A stretch of 59,496 bases of DNA, counting the filler, from Dimargaris cristalligena (Eukaryota), in assembly GCA_003614675.1 (NCBI GenBank). It is 2 parts of 2 records of this genome, joined end to end, with 100 filler letters (N's around TTAATTAATTAA, not from the genome) between each part and the next. Parts side by side here need not be neighbours in the genome. Positions count along the whole stretch, not along the records: positions 29,812 to 59,496 come from ML002477.1; 1 more part is not named here. One strand, written 5' to 3'. A program made the position numbers and the translations under genes. This document shows positions 37,601 through 50,917 of this stretch, one piece after another (position 1 is the first letter of the stretch; each line of letters opens with the position of its first letter). Under the pieces are notes generated by a model. It was not told the origin of the DNA. It searched no databases and saw nothing but the letters and a program-made list of their open reading frames with translations.

Positions 37601-37979
37601 AGGGCGGCTATCCGTACACGCATCGATATATTTCAATAATAATTATGAACCAGCTGGATACCTGCAATAGTTGTGGCCGCACTCGGTAGCGGTAAAGGTA
37701 TGGTGAAACAGGTGGGTGCTATTCGCAATGAAGTAAAGTGGGGCAGTTGTTAATAGGGGAGGCGTGGCTATATGTGGGGTGCATGTATATGGCGGTAAAT
37801 TGGAGGTACGGTTTAGACAAGTGCACCTCCACACTATACCAACGTTGACGGCCGTCTTACCCCGGGGTCGACCATTGAGAATCAACAAGTAGCAGGGACG
37901 GGTGGAATAGACCAACCTACCAGAGTGAACATTCCAAAAGGGAATGAAGGGCCCTGAGGGCTGTCCCGAATCGGGTCAT
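34637..37979 (-). CDS. BRCA1/BARD1-like protein (~784 aa), N-terminal C3HC4 RING and C-terminal tandem BRCT; exons 37979-37921, 37718-37662, 37407-36521, 36191-35517, 35313-34637
   Basis: Spliced RING: LECSLC...TECGHNYCRKCIDDYLGTESVCPQC. BRCT1: VTHVV...CPRTLKYMYGVLSACKVVDYKWVIDC. BRCT2: LLFHGLTFYI...LVQFGGG...VVWLYNCISCYEILP. All four introns are GT-AG and the total of 2355 nt stays in frame. Confidence 0.85.
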
Positions 37980-39604
37980 GGCATAGATTCAATTGCGGCG
38001 AGGCGAGCAGGATGATTCAAATAAGCGGAGATTCGGAAATAGTGCGAATAAGAGGGGAAAGCTGGGTGGAGAGGTGGGGAATGTGGTCAAATCCTAAGTA
38101 CATCCGCAGCGAATGCGCGCATACACGCAATTGTCCTCCTTTCAAAAGGCCCTTCCGTCTCCCTAATATTATGCCAGCGTATTTACTGTATAAAAAAACG
38201 CACCAGCTTACTTGTATGCCCATCATCCAGAGTGTTTTCCAACGCCCAGCAAGTGTAGTTGTTATGCTGTTTACGGTCTCTTATCACCACTGGGACCCCC
38301 CACCGAAACCAAACACTTGACTCATGGGGTTCACAGCCCATATGCCTGACATCGAAACCCTATTTACACGGCCTAAGAGTTAGTTAAACAGCCAGGTCCC
38401 CAGGAAAACAATAAAGAGGTCAGTTGGTGACAGTAACCAGCATGCCCTTAAGGCACAGACAAAGAAAAGGGTGCCTCGACTGGAATGGAGTAGTGGTGGT
38501 GTACTGTACTATACCGTACCATACCATACTCTCCCGATCATCACATACGGTTTTACCGACTATTTGTTGACTGGCAGGTTGGTTGGGTTTTAGTTGCGTC
38601 CATCACATTCCCTGCGACCAAGTAACCCACGCCCCCATGTTTCGTCGTGGGTACAGGGCAGTAGCGGGGCGATGAGGTCCTCTTTTCTCTCCCACCAACG
38701 GACTCGGACATCTCGTATAGCCCCGAAGGACCTTATCCCCGAAACATCTTTTGAATCTGCATGGCTGGGCCAGCGGAAGTGGCGCAGACCAGTATACCCT
38801 GAAGGTGCACAGGAGGCGTGACTGGGTCAAGGTAGTACCAAAGAGAGGGTAAACGTGAGCTCAGCATTCCACCCCATTAGGCCCAGCTAGCTGACAGAAA
38901 TTGCCTGTTGGGGAGGGGGCTGCTGTTTACACGAGAGATCCTGGGTAAAAAAGCCATACATGGGAGGTAGGTTTAGTCATGGAATACAATAGATACAAGT
39001 CCGTTTAAAGCGCCCCAATTGGATGGGGAGGGAGGATCATGCATCGTGCGGTAAAATTCGGGGGAAATTGGGACTGGGAAGAGAAAGAAACCACCAAATT
39101 GACAGTGGTTATGGGCCACCCGGATGCCAAAATCTCCACAAACCATTCAGGGGTAAAATAATAGACGACGACCCAGAAGTGGTGAAAATCCTCCTCCCCC
39201 CATTTCATTACCGCCCCTCTCACAGACATTCCTGACCGCATGGCCACAACCAAAACCAAAAGGAATTGCCAACCCCGCACCCAACCCAGTCAACACTGGG
39301 AAGGCCGGGTAATGCGGAGGCAACGACTTGTGCATGAGTGGGGGGAAATTCCGGGTAACTTCTAAAGATGGCTTCAGCAGAGGAGGTCAGTGGGGGTAAA
39401 TATGTGTGAGTCGACGACAACCCTCTCCGATACTGGCAACGAGCTACTCACTCCCCTACCCGCGAAAACCGCTGCGACAGCGTTGGCGGTGCAGGCTGCA
39501 AATAAGGCGCATAAGGAAGCAGCCATGCAATGTTGCCTAATTGGAGCCATTTTCCCCTCTCATACATACACCGTCGACCACTTGGAATCCAGGGCTATGG
39601 TTCG

Positions 39605-39638
39605 TATATATATATATATGTGTGTATGTGTATGTATG
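39605..39638. repeat. Compound (TA)n/(TG)n microsatellite
   Basis: tatatatatatatatgtgtgtatgtgtatgtatg. Confidence 0.7.
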
Positions 39639-41327
39639 TCTGGAGTTCCTCCTCCTTCCAACCAGCCCAAGACCGCCAAGGTCCGCAATGTTGAGTGGAC
39701 GTGTGCATCCGTGCTGACAGATATGGGATATGTCCTGGGAACTCCCTCCCTTCTGCTTCCCCCCTAAACTGGTCGACTTCTCCTGCTTTAGTGGCCATTT
39801 CCGTGGCTACGCGGTGTGTGTTCTACTTATTTACTTATTTGCCTTAAGGCTGACCTGGATGCTGTGAACATGCCCTCCCCCCCCCCCGCCTACTCGTACT
39901 TGTTTAGTCATAGCTTCAGCGATGGACGGGATGCGCATGGTTTTTTGTCAATTAAGATCGCTCCCCCTTTATCATCTACCTTTCGCTATAAAACCGGGCA
40001 ATCCAAGCACCCCCATTTTCTTTTTCATGAACCGCGTTGATCGTAGGGCGATGCAGAATCGGTTCCCCCAACCCTCCTTCGCGTTAACCCCACATCAACA
40101 GCCTCCATCCTAGGATTTATGGCAATCCGAAACATTGAAAAATAGAATAATTTTAATCAACGGGTGGTATAGTGAGTGTGGCGAACTTTTGACTCAGATG
40201 CAGGCGTCGTCCTCTCTATTAAGGTGTGAGAGAAAACAGAATGGCCGATCTCACTCCAGCGCATTACAGTCAACTGAAACCCTCCCCTCCGCTCAACGTA
40301 GCGGCCAAATCCACCAACCCAAAACATCGCGAAAATGCGAATACCTCACCTACGAGCTCCCGCGTATTCTTTTTCAAAGAGTATATTGTAGTATACGTTC
40401 GCCCCCGACCCTAAATATATTGGTATAATCTTATAAAAATATTGCAACTGGGGATGATTGATACTCAATTTTTGACTGTGCCCATTATATCCAAAACCGA
40501 CGCCGCCGAGGACGGTAAACAAAATGGCGGGGCGCACAGCAGTGGGTGAGTGTCCTCTTTTCCTCCTATCGGCTACGTGCCCCAAATCCGCTCGACCATG
40601 ATAGAATGGCGTTACTGATCTTGGTTTCGGCGTTTTAGAGCAATGGGGGCTTGGACCTGAGTAGTATAAATCCCAAAGACTTCCTTATTCTTACCTAAGG
40701 CTATACCTGTTCCTTTCACCCAATTTCCAAGGACTGCATATTTATTATTCGCGTTATTCAGTTCCCCCTCGTCCACTTTATATTCGACATTCATACATAC
40801 GCGGCATCGCATACCCGCAGTTTGCACACTCCGCCCATCGTCCAGGGACGCCGCGTCCGTCACTGCCTTTCTGTATTTCCGGTTTTTCTATTATATAGAT
40901 TTGAAGCAGCATTGCATAGCAATTGGCTGGCTCTCGTAGTAGTCATATCTTGCTCTTTACTCTCGGCCACCATTGCCTGGGAGGACCGATTCCCCTTCTC
41001 TCCTGGTCGGGTTGGTTTCCCCTGACCACAACAAGCTTTTTTTCCAGTAATTTTTCCTTCGGTAGGAACCGTTTGTATAGGGCACACCCACCCTCCCACT
41101 ATTTCGTGTTTGACCTTCATCTGACCTGCCCATCGCCGACACGGTCTCTTGCCCTGCCCAGTTCCCAGGTTTAAAAAAGACGAGACACCCTCCCCCCTCG
41201 GCACGCCGTTATAGTACTATTTATCCTTTAGAATTTATCGCCCCGTTATTGGAGCATATCACCCCTATCCCCCTACATCTGTCCTTCTTCTCTTCACCGC
41301 TGCTCTCGCAAATCATCCATCGGCACC

Positions 41328-42563
41328 ATGTCTCAGCCTGGCATCAACCCGCAGGCCTACATCAGTGACAAAACCATCCATAATGGTCCGGCGGCCGGCC
41401 TTCCGCCCCCCGACGGCAAACCGATACCAACTGCCGCGACCTATCCGCCCAATGTCCAAAACGTGGGTCCCAGTGGCCCACCCTACGCCGGTAACTACAG
41501 CTACGGTGTACCCGTTGGTGCCCCCAACCCCAACTTCCCGGCTGCCAACGCGGGAAATTCCAACTATTACGGCCAGCCTAGTGCCACTCAGACCATGCCC
41601 GCGGGCGACTACTCCTCCAACCACCCCGTGATGGAGTCCGACTACCCGAACCAGGCCCATATGAGCAAGAAGGAGCGGCGCCGGGAGGAATTCATGTCGC
41701 ACGCCCGCTGGCACACCCGCGCCTTCCCCAATCGTTGGTTCGAACGGGTCCACTCCCTCCGGGTCCGCTACCGGGACTACCTGGCGGAATTCTTCGGAAC
41801 CGCTGTGCTGGTATTTTTAGGCGACGCCGCGGGGGCTACCGTGACACTGTGGCCTGATGCCGCCTTCAGTTCGCCTTGGCTCATTGTTTGTTTCGGTTGG
41901 GGCCTCGCCCTGACCATCGCACTGTTCATATCGGGCGGTATTTCCGGGGGTCACTTGAACCCCGCGGTCACGTTCACCGCCGGCTGTCTGCGCGGTTTCC
42001 CCTGGCGCAAAGTGCCCGGTTACATTGCGTGCCAATTAGTCGGAGCGTTCGTCGGGGCCGGCTTCGTGTTCGCCCTCTTCCACAGTTCGATCCACCATTT
42101 CGACGGTGGGATTCGCCAAACCACTGGTCCCTTTGCCACCGCCGGTATTTTTGCCACTTACCCCAAACCCTGGATCACCGTTGGAACAGGGTTTTTGGCC
42201 GAAGCCATTTGTACGGCTGTACTACTTTTCGGAATCTACGCCATTACGGATGAACGTAACATGCCCGGTACGAGGTACGCTCCCATCGCTATTGGATTGG
42301 TCATCACCGCCATTGGTATCTGCCTGGGTTTCCAGACCGGTTTTGCCGTCAACCCCGCCCGTGACTTGGGCCCCCGGGCCTTCACTTCCGCCGCGGGCTA
42401 CGGTTCCGAGCCCTGGATCGCCCACGACCGCTGGGCTTGGGTTCCCTGCGTGGCCCCATTTGTAGGAGGATTGATTGGCGGTTTCCTATATGATTTCTTT
42501 GCCAACCACCCTCGCTTGAGTCACGACGATGATGATGATGATAAATCCCATTCCGAGGCTTAG
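41328..42563 (+). CDS. Aquaglyceroporin (GlpF-type MIP) with a long Pro/Gly/Asn/Tyr-rich N-terminus
   Basis: YLAEFFGT, ISGGHLNPAVT, TAGIFATYP and TGFAVNPARDLGPR; intronless, 411 aa. Confidence 0.95.
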   Translation: MSQPGINPQAYISDKTIHNGPAAGLPPPDGKPIPTAATYPPNVQNVGPSGPPYAGNYSYGVPVGAPNPNFPAANAGNSNYYGQPSATQTMPAGDYSSNHPVMESDYPNQAHMSKKERRREEFMSHARWHTRAFPNRWFERVHSLRVRYRDYLAEFFGTAVLVFLGDAAGATVTLWPDAAFSSPWLIVCFGWGLALTIALFISGGISGGHLNPAVTFTAGCLRGFPWRKVPGYIACQLVGAFVGAGFVFALFHSSIHHFDGGIRQTTGPFATAGIFATYPKPWITVGTGFLAEAICTAVLLFGIYAITDERNMPGTRYAPIAIGLVITAIGICLGFQTGFAVNPARDLGPRAFTSAAGYGSEPWIAHDRWAWVPCVAPFVGGLIGGFLYDFFANHPRLSHDDDDDDKSHSEA

Positions 42564-45500
42564 TTATCAGCCCCTCTTTTCCCCCCCACACCCCTCCCGC
42601 TTTTCTTTGTCGTATTTTTTATATTCTTCCAGTGTATACTTCAGTAGTTAAACTGACTGACTGGAATGGCCTGGCCTACTTGTAAAGAGTCTGTGACTCT
42701 GGGACATACGCTTTTTGCCGCGGGTTTGCACCAAATCTAGCAAAGTTTACCTTGGTCTGATTGGGAGGTAGGTCGAGTGTTACCATTACTGACTATATTA
42801 ATTACCTAATTGCTAATATAATCGGTGGTACCTCATCATCATTATCCCATCAGTACCGGAGGACTATGCCTACTCTGTTTATATATCGCACCACCACCAC
42901 CACCACCTTACTTACCAGTTCCCATATTCTACAATTATTCTTATATGACCCACCCATTAATCACTATAGCTTATCTTTATAGTTGTTGTCCTGTAATCTC
43001 TACTCATATATTGTATGTAGCTGTCGCCTCGATAAAATCCATAATCACCCAAACCGATGTTGCGAGTGGGTGGGTGCTTTTTCGGCGATGCCAAGCCTTC
43101 AAAGGCGGATATATTTTCCGAGGGCAAACCGGCTGTAGAGAGCCCAAATGCACTCGGGTGCACTGGTGGGCTGCAAGGCAGTGCAACAATATTTACATAA
43201 ATTAAGAAGTTGGCATACCTCATGGTCAATCTCGCCAGGGCACGTGGCAATAACAGAGCAACAGTCGCAATAAAGCCAGGTTTGCCCTCGAAGCTGTGGA
43301 TTATGCCCGACAGTGGGCAATTTTCATATCTTCTATAAAGAGAGCAAACGTAGTGTACCGGGTCAATATATACAAGGGTCACTACTGTATTTCACACTAA
43401 GGGGGGCCGATCTTTTGATTCATAACAATGAACAGTTCCTCCGTATGTATTTTTAGACGTCATCCATCTCATGATACGACATCCAAGCGAGGTAGGAGTG
43501 TCTCTTTTCCCTTCGCCCCCCCTATGCTTGTGCTTCCAATATCCCAAACTAAAAAGAAATGCGGACATGGTTCGCCTGAAATGATGTGATTTATTCCGCT
43601 CGGCTATCCATATGACACCCATGCGCTTTTGACCGAACATTCGCCGCGCGGCAATTTGCAGTGCGTTTCTTTACTTGTGTACTGCGCGTTCGCCGCCCGG
43701 CAACTAAACTACCCCACCTCCTTCCCGCCCTGTTCGCATTCTAAACGATGACAAAGCGGAAGAAATTAGGATAGTCACGGCGGGCAGGCCGTTGAATGAA
43801 TGGCAAATGATGGTATATTAGCATGTATCGGAAGCATTCCCTTTTAGGTCTCTCAATTTTTCTCGGCCTACCCCCTGGTAAACGAGCCTCGATGACATCA
43901 AGCCAACCCAGGTGACCGGCTAGCTGCTTATGGTTCCACCTCTACCCTTAAATGGAATATACCGTTCGCCTCTCCCCAATAGTCAAGTCGCTTGGCACAC
44001 CAAATGGGTAAGGAAAGAAGAGAGTGTGTGACCTTAATTCGACGCTATGTTCCTTTTGGGGATATTAAATGGGCGTGTCGTCCATGGCAATAGGTCAGGG
44101 GGGAGGGGGAGGATGTACATTACGCTAATAAACGTCATGCATTCACCCCCCGTCGGCGTTTTATTTTATCCCCAGCTTTCCCCCTCCCTATTCCCGAATG
44201 AGAGAATCATACTATCCCTTAAAGTGTGAGTAGAGTATATGATATTATATATACATAAATTTAAAGGACCCTATAACAGTTCAAATGGTCAAGTGCAATT
44301 AGGTAAATCACGAAGGCCAATACTTCTTTCTCTAGCCCAGCACCACCACCGTGGAGATTATTCAACCCATTGAGAGAAACCCAAAGCTCGTGATTAGTCC
44401 AAGGCAATCTGTGTGAGTTTTTAAGAGGATCCAAAGCGAGGCGAAGGGCCATTATAACTGTCACTTTGAGTGGATTGAAGAGTGGCGTCCAATAAACAGT
44501 CACCATTCCAACCATTATTTGGTTACGAATCCTCGACCGCTACGCCACATCTTGATGGGGATTGGAAGAGAGTCAGGAGGTACTCCGTTTAAACGTTCAC
44601 CCGGAGGTCGGTTGGTAGGCCGACTTGCTAGCTAAATGGGAGAGGGGTGTGGCTGACCAGTCCGGAGGCTGGGAGGAATGTAAAATGACCTGCGTGATAT
44701 AAACTATGGATGGCCCTTGGGAATGGATGGAATGTAACGAATACCCAATCATTGATGCTGAATTTATTATAACGATTAAATCTTGAGCCGAGGCGAGGAA
44801 TGGTTGGTTGGACTGGATGAAAAAAAGTGGCGGTTATTTTGTCTGTGTGAAAATATAGCAGGAAACTACCACCACCACCAAGATCCACTCACGCTCGCTA
44901 TACCTTTTTCTCATTGTCTCCTTGCACTGCGGCTGGAAATATCCCCCAAGAAGGGCGGTGTTGTTGTGAGAATATTGCAAAGAGAAAAAGTGTGGGGTCA
45001 ATCCTCTAGTAAAGCAGCCGCATATTGCACCGCTCTGCTTTGAGTGCAAGAGGGTTTATTTAGTCTCCCTCGCAATATAAACCTACAGAGGTAAACTAGA
45101 GATTTAACCAATCAATTTGCGAAGCGCCAAAGAGAGAGAGACGGTATGGGCGATTTGCCGTGGCGCGCTTTATTCGGTATTCTTAGTATAGCGGAATATA
45201 CTATAGTTTTATTAGTTAATTGGGCCGAGAACTCGTGTTATTCATTTACCACCAAACAATAGAGTGTAAGGTCGAGACAGGAAAAGTGCACCGCGTATGC
45301 AGGAGAGAGGGCCAGTCCAGCCAGGTTTCTCCCTCGATTTTTGGTGGAAAGGGGAATGAATAGGCACCATTTTTTTTTAATACTCTCCCCATGACTACCA
45401 GTCACATTGATACCCAGCCGTTTCTTCGGATTGGTAACCAAGATTTCACCTATACACCTTGTTCACCGTTCTCGCTCGGAAAATAACCCCATGCCTACCT

Positions 45501-48500
45501 TCACTATTACTTATAGTAATAGTTGATTTACTCCTTGCACCAATTAGAATCGCCGTCAAGGAATGTAGTATTTTGCCGGTGTCACCATTATTCGTTGGAT
45601 TATCCGCACTTCCACGGGTCTGGGTAGAACTACTCGCTCTATTTTATAAATACTTTATCTTAGTTGTATATTTCCGCCGTGTAATACTTCGGACTTCACA
45701 CGGTAGCAGCTCATTCAAAGGAATGCTACTCTTATAATAATAATAGTAATAATGGTACAAGATATATGAACCTGATTTGGATCGAGCACTCCGTTCACTT
45801 TACCACATACGAGACGACACTACTGGATACCGTAAGCGGTGGCTTGATCTAGCGGATTTGCATGGGCCCTTGGTCACAAGGCATGGTGGAATATACTCCG
45901 AAGGACGACGGGATGCGTAAGGGAATATATTGGTAAACCAACCCACCTCTGGCTGCATTTCGAGATCAGTTCATTTTTTGAGGGCTGGTCAATTTAGGGA
46001 ACACTAACGTGAGGGGAAATAATAGGAAATGGCATTCTTGGTACCCCCCACCCCCCAAAAAATATAATCAACTAACCCAACCGTGTCGACTGAGTAGACT
46101 GTATTCATCCTTCATGTACGACCTACAGACGAGACTGTACCGTCAATATCAGCGACCTGTATATTGGCCAATTTTTACATTTTTTCGCAGGTATGTTTCA
46201 AAAATTTAAAGAATAGGCCAGGCTTTGTCATTCGAGAAAAATGGTTAAGACGTCTTACAATCAGCCACACACACACACACCTCCCCCATCTACGTTTATT
46301 GGGACGCTGCAGCGACGGAAAGATAACAGACCACTCGACATCCAATTAGAGTGGTACATGCACTAGGTATTCCGTGAGGGGAGAGTGTAGTTCTCGTATG
46401 TACGCAAAGCGCAGAAGCGGCCAGCTGCAACTCGACAGATTTGTCCTACCATGTGTTAACAATATTGTATAATGTACCTCTCTTCCTCTCCCCCTACACT
46501 GGACATGAAGGAGAGGTGAGAGAGTAAGATTTGGGTTATTACGTTGCGGTCACGCGAAACCTGGGTTTTCGTCTCGAAAAAAATGGGTCAAATCAATCAC
46601 CCCCATACCTCCCCCCCCCCCCCCCCCCTTGAAAATTAATTAGGGGGGAGGTAATAAAAAAAACTAGGTTGGCGGAAAAATAAGGAAACATAAAGTGCAT
46701 CTGTACAACAGCGGCTAACCAGCCCCTCCCCTGGGCGAAGGGAAACACAATGGCTATAGCCAGCGGTAGGGGATGAAAAGGACACATTCTAAAGCTGGGC
46801 AATTAAACCACATCCCCTTGAATTGTCCGAAACGAACCAGCCATTGGTCCCCCAGTGCTACTTGGCTAGTCAAGCCACACTTGAGCGCGGTGCTAGTGCT
46901 AGTGGTGGTGGTGGTGGGGAGGAGGAGGGGTTCGAAGGAATGCACCAATTGCGTTTCTTCTCATTACATACCCAGAGGCTCTAGGTATTGGAACTACAGA
47001 GGGAATGTAATGATTTAACCCGCCGAGGGATGTGCCGAAGCTGTCACAGTTTGTCCCCGCCGCCACCATCTCATGACCAATCCACCTCCTCTGTACCCCC
47101 GTTTGGCTTAGACCGCTGGGAAGACGGCCGTACTAAATGTATAGCCGGACTGGCCGAGTTTATGTCTGGTGGCCAATTATAGGTCGGGTGTAGCGAATAT
47201 TGGAGTGTGACAATAGACCCTTCCAACCTCCACCTCCTCCTCTTTACACCACAGTCCTTTGCTGTAAAAAATATCTCTTCACCGTAGATTCCAAGAAAAA
47301 GATAGTTATGACCAATGAACGGGCGATGAACGACTTATTGGACTGCATTTTTCGTAGCGGTTACACCATCAATTAATGTATCGGATTGGTTACTTAGCCT
47401 GACTGGTGGTTCGTAAACGGGCATAATGCGCTCGTTCATCCTTGCGTAAAATATACCCGCCCATATATGGACGAAGATGCCTCGATACCCATTGGTCGGG
47501 CAATAGAAAGGGGTTAAAGGGAATAAGGGAGAGGCACACCCCCCTCCTCTCTTTCCCCGGAGGGAATCACACCACAGGGAAGGAGGACGTGTCCAGTTGG
47601 TCAACGACCAACAGCGGCAGCACGCACACATACCACACGGCTTACCGTCGACCAGCTACTGTTTGGAAAAGGGTACGAGATTTCAAACTGAAAGTCACAA
47701 GTCAGCAGCTCACTTCTCCGTCAAGAAGCGATTCTACTGGATATCACCGTTTTTCTGGTGCCGACGTCCGAGATTTTTACTTGTCGCTCATATCCCCCCA
47801 TCGCCAATTAGTCCGTCCGGCTCTCCACTCTTGGGCCATTGTCATACGCTAGTTAGTTGTGGTAGTGGCGAGGAAAGGGGAGAAGGGAGAGGAGAAGAGA
47901 TGAGGAGGACCTGTCACGAGATGCCCCAAAGTAAAGTCGCGGCGTCATATAAATACCTAGGTCCCTGGCCCAAGGAATGAAGACTATCATCACAACATTA
48001 GTTCTCCAACAGTTTTATTAGCCTACTTTCCCCTACCCTACCCTCCCGACGCCGTCCCGCTTTCTTCTGTATTTCTAAAGGCAACCTATACGGCTTACTA
48101 CTCGGGCTCTAAGATTTTGCCTTGATATTATTCATTTTCCGGCGTCTTTCGCCAGTGTTATTCCGAACCTGTCCGTGTCTGCACCGCCTCACTTTCCTAC
48201 ATACACTATAGCCAATTTATCCATTGTGGGTAATAGTCTTAACCCGATTGACCACCGAGGGTTACATTTTATTCTTTCATTCGCACAATCACTTTTGCGT
48301 ACCAGTTGGATCCAGCGATTCCAGCATATCTCCTCCCACGTTGGCATTTAAATAGCCCGTCTAATCCCCCCTCCTCCCTTTCCAATTAGTGCACTAGTTT
48401 CCTAGTCGACTCGGTTATAATCGCGAACGTTTCCGCTGATTAGACCGTTTTCCCTCATTTTATTTTTAACGTCGCGCGCATTCGTTTAGTATTATTTCTT

Positions 48501-48542
48501 CCAGAACCTAATCCCCAGAAGAAGATTGGCATAATTATCACG

Positions 48543-49535
48543 ATGTCTCATTCTCCCGCCATCACCACCCACGACGCCGACTACGAAAGTCTGTCGGCCC
48601 AACAAACGACCGAATTCAGCGTGGTCAACATGGAAAAGCAACACGCCATCGACCACGACTCCAACACCACCCACGCCCAATCCCGCTGGCATAGCACCGG
48701 TTCCTCCTCCAAACACTGGCTCGAGCGGTTCCACTCCCTCCGGGTGGACTACCGCGACTATCTCGCCGAATTCTTCGGCACGGCGGTCCTCCTCTTCCTG
48801 GGTAACTCCGTCAGCGCCACCGTGACCCTGTATCCCAGTGCAGGAGCTTCGGCCTCCTGGGTGCTGGTCTGTTTCGGCTGGGGGTTCGCTCTGACCATGG
48901 CCCTGTTCGTTTCGGGCGGTATCTCGGGCGGTCACTTGAACCCCGCGGTCACTTTCACCGCCGCCTGCCTGCGCGGCTTCCCCTGGCGCAAGGTTCCCGG
49001 TTTCATCGCTTCCCAGCTCATCGGCGCATTCGTCGGTGCCGCCTTCTGTTACCTCATGCACATGAGCTCCCTCGATAATTTCGACGGGGGGGTTCGTCAA
49101 ACGACTGGTGAATTCGCCACGGCCGGTATTTTCGCTACTTACCCCCAGGCCTGGATCACGGTGGGCTCAGGCTTCCTCATTGAAACGATTGCCACTGCCA
49201 CGCTGGTGTTCTGTATTTATGGTTTGACGGACGAACGTAACATGCCCGGTACCAATTATGCCCCGCTGGCTATTGGCTTCGTGGTTACCATCATCGGTAT
49301 GGCCCTCGGTTTCCAGACCGGTTTCGCCATCAATCCCGCTCGTGACCTGGGTCCCCGTACTTTTACCGCTTGGGTAGGCTATGGCTCCGAACCCTTCACG
49401 GCGGCCAACAATTACGCTTGGGTACCCGTGGTTGCTCCCTTCCCCGGGGCCTTGATTGGTGGTTTGATTTATGATTTCATGATTAATCACCCACGCCTGG
49501 ATAAGTCATCCTCCATGGCGGACAAGGAAGTGTAA
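48543..49535 (+). CDS. Aquaglyceroporin, tandem paralog
   Basis: YLAEFFGT, ISGGHLNPAVT and TGFAINPARDLGPR; 330 aa, core highly similar to 41328-42563; TATAAA at ~47948. Confidence 0.95.
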   Translation: MSHSPAITTHDADYESLSAQQTTEFSVVNMEKQHAIDHDSNTTHAQSRWHSTGSSSKHWLERFHSLRVDYRDYLAEFFGTAVLLFLGNSVSATVTLYPSAGASASWVLVCFGWGFALTMALFVSGGISGGHLNPAVTFTAACLRGFPWRKVPGFIASQLIGAFVGAAFCYLMHMSSLDNFDGGVRQTTGEFATAGIFATYPQAWITVGSGFLIETIATATLVFCIYGLTDERNMPGTNYAPLAIGFVVTIIGMALGFQTGFAINPARDLGPRTFTAWVGYGSEPFTAANNYAWVPVVAPFPGALIGGLIYDFMINHPRLDKSSSMADKEV

Positions 49536-50917
49536 ATATCATATAATTTTATTAAGTAACCTAAATACTCTTCCCCTCCCCTCCTCCCACCCTACTCCAC
49601 TCCTCCAATTACGTTTAAGACATTATTTCTATTATCTCTATTTGCTAAACGACATCATTATCAAGCTCTTGTAGCTCCGTTTTTATTATATGCGCTTTGA
49701 CAATTTCACTACATCATAATACCGAAATACTCTGTGAGTTATAATCATGTATAAAATTACGAAATTGTTATACCTACATCACATACCCTAGTCAGCTAAA
49801 TATGTCCAGTATGAGGTGGGCGGGCTCTACCAGTTAATTAACTATTCATTCAAACCAATATGCATCATTATTTTCCGTTTCGATATATCAAAGGGTAAGA
49901 TATGCCTAAGACAGATCCTGTGGGCAAAAATACTCGTGACGTTAATTACACCGATGTGTGGGGCGGGCGGGGTGGGTAATGAAAATCAGTAGCCAAGGGT
50001 CTGGCGGAGTAATTGGAGGATTGGCCTATTGTCGCGAACACGTTGCTTGTATTAAAATAAAAGGGGGGGATTGTCGTGGGGGTTTAAAATATAATACCCC
50101 TTATGTTATTTTTATCATGGGGTTTAAAGGCAATCAGGTGTGATGAAAATAAAAATAAACCCAGTAATATTTAAAGTAGTGGGGTGACAGGAGGGGCGTC
50201 GAATGCCGAGGCTAGTATAGCTGTGTTACGAAATATCCGGTTTTGGGGTCGTAATTTACCGGCCGAAGAATTATCGCAACGATTACCCCGTGGGCATATC
50301 ATTCGAGACGTGGATATTTTAAACATCACCCGTATAATTAAAATGATTTTGCAATAAATCGATGACCTTTAAACCTCCGGACACCAATGTGAACATAAAC
50401 ATAATGCATAATAAGAATCAGATAGCTTGCCAGCCGCCAGGTTTCCCAACTGGACTTTGGTCTAGAAATGCATTAACACCATGATGACCTCGCCTGAATA
50501 ACCGCATCGATTAAAGATTTTTGGTCAATAATATTATTCATCGGAATTTCCCACCAATAACTAAACAATAGTCACGAAATTTTCGCCGCCTTATTAAACG
50601 ACGGGGCGATGATGGCATTCGCAACTCGTCCACCAAAGGGGGTATATAATTATTTCTTCTGGGAACAAAGGCCGTGCTGCGGGGGTTGTTGCGTGGTGCT
50701 ACAGCTATCCTGCGAATCACTCACTGGAAGGCCATTGGCAAGCATGGAGGTTGTCTTTTAGTCTGTTATAATCCCCCGAAATTCTTATCTCAATTTGACC
50801 CATTCCCCACTACACAAGTATATACTTAGCTTACGCATCCCTAAATATTTTCCTTCTGTCCAGCGGCTGCCCTTGTTATTAGAACCATATTCTTCTCCGA
50901 CTTTATTGACATTCACC

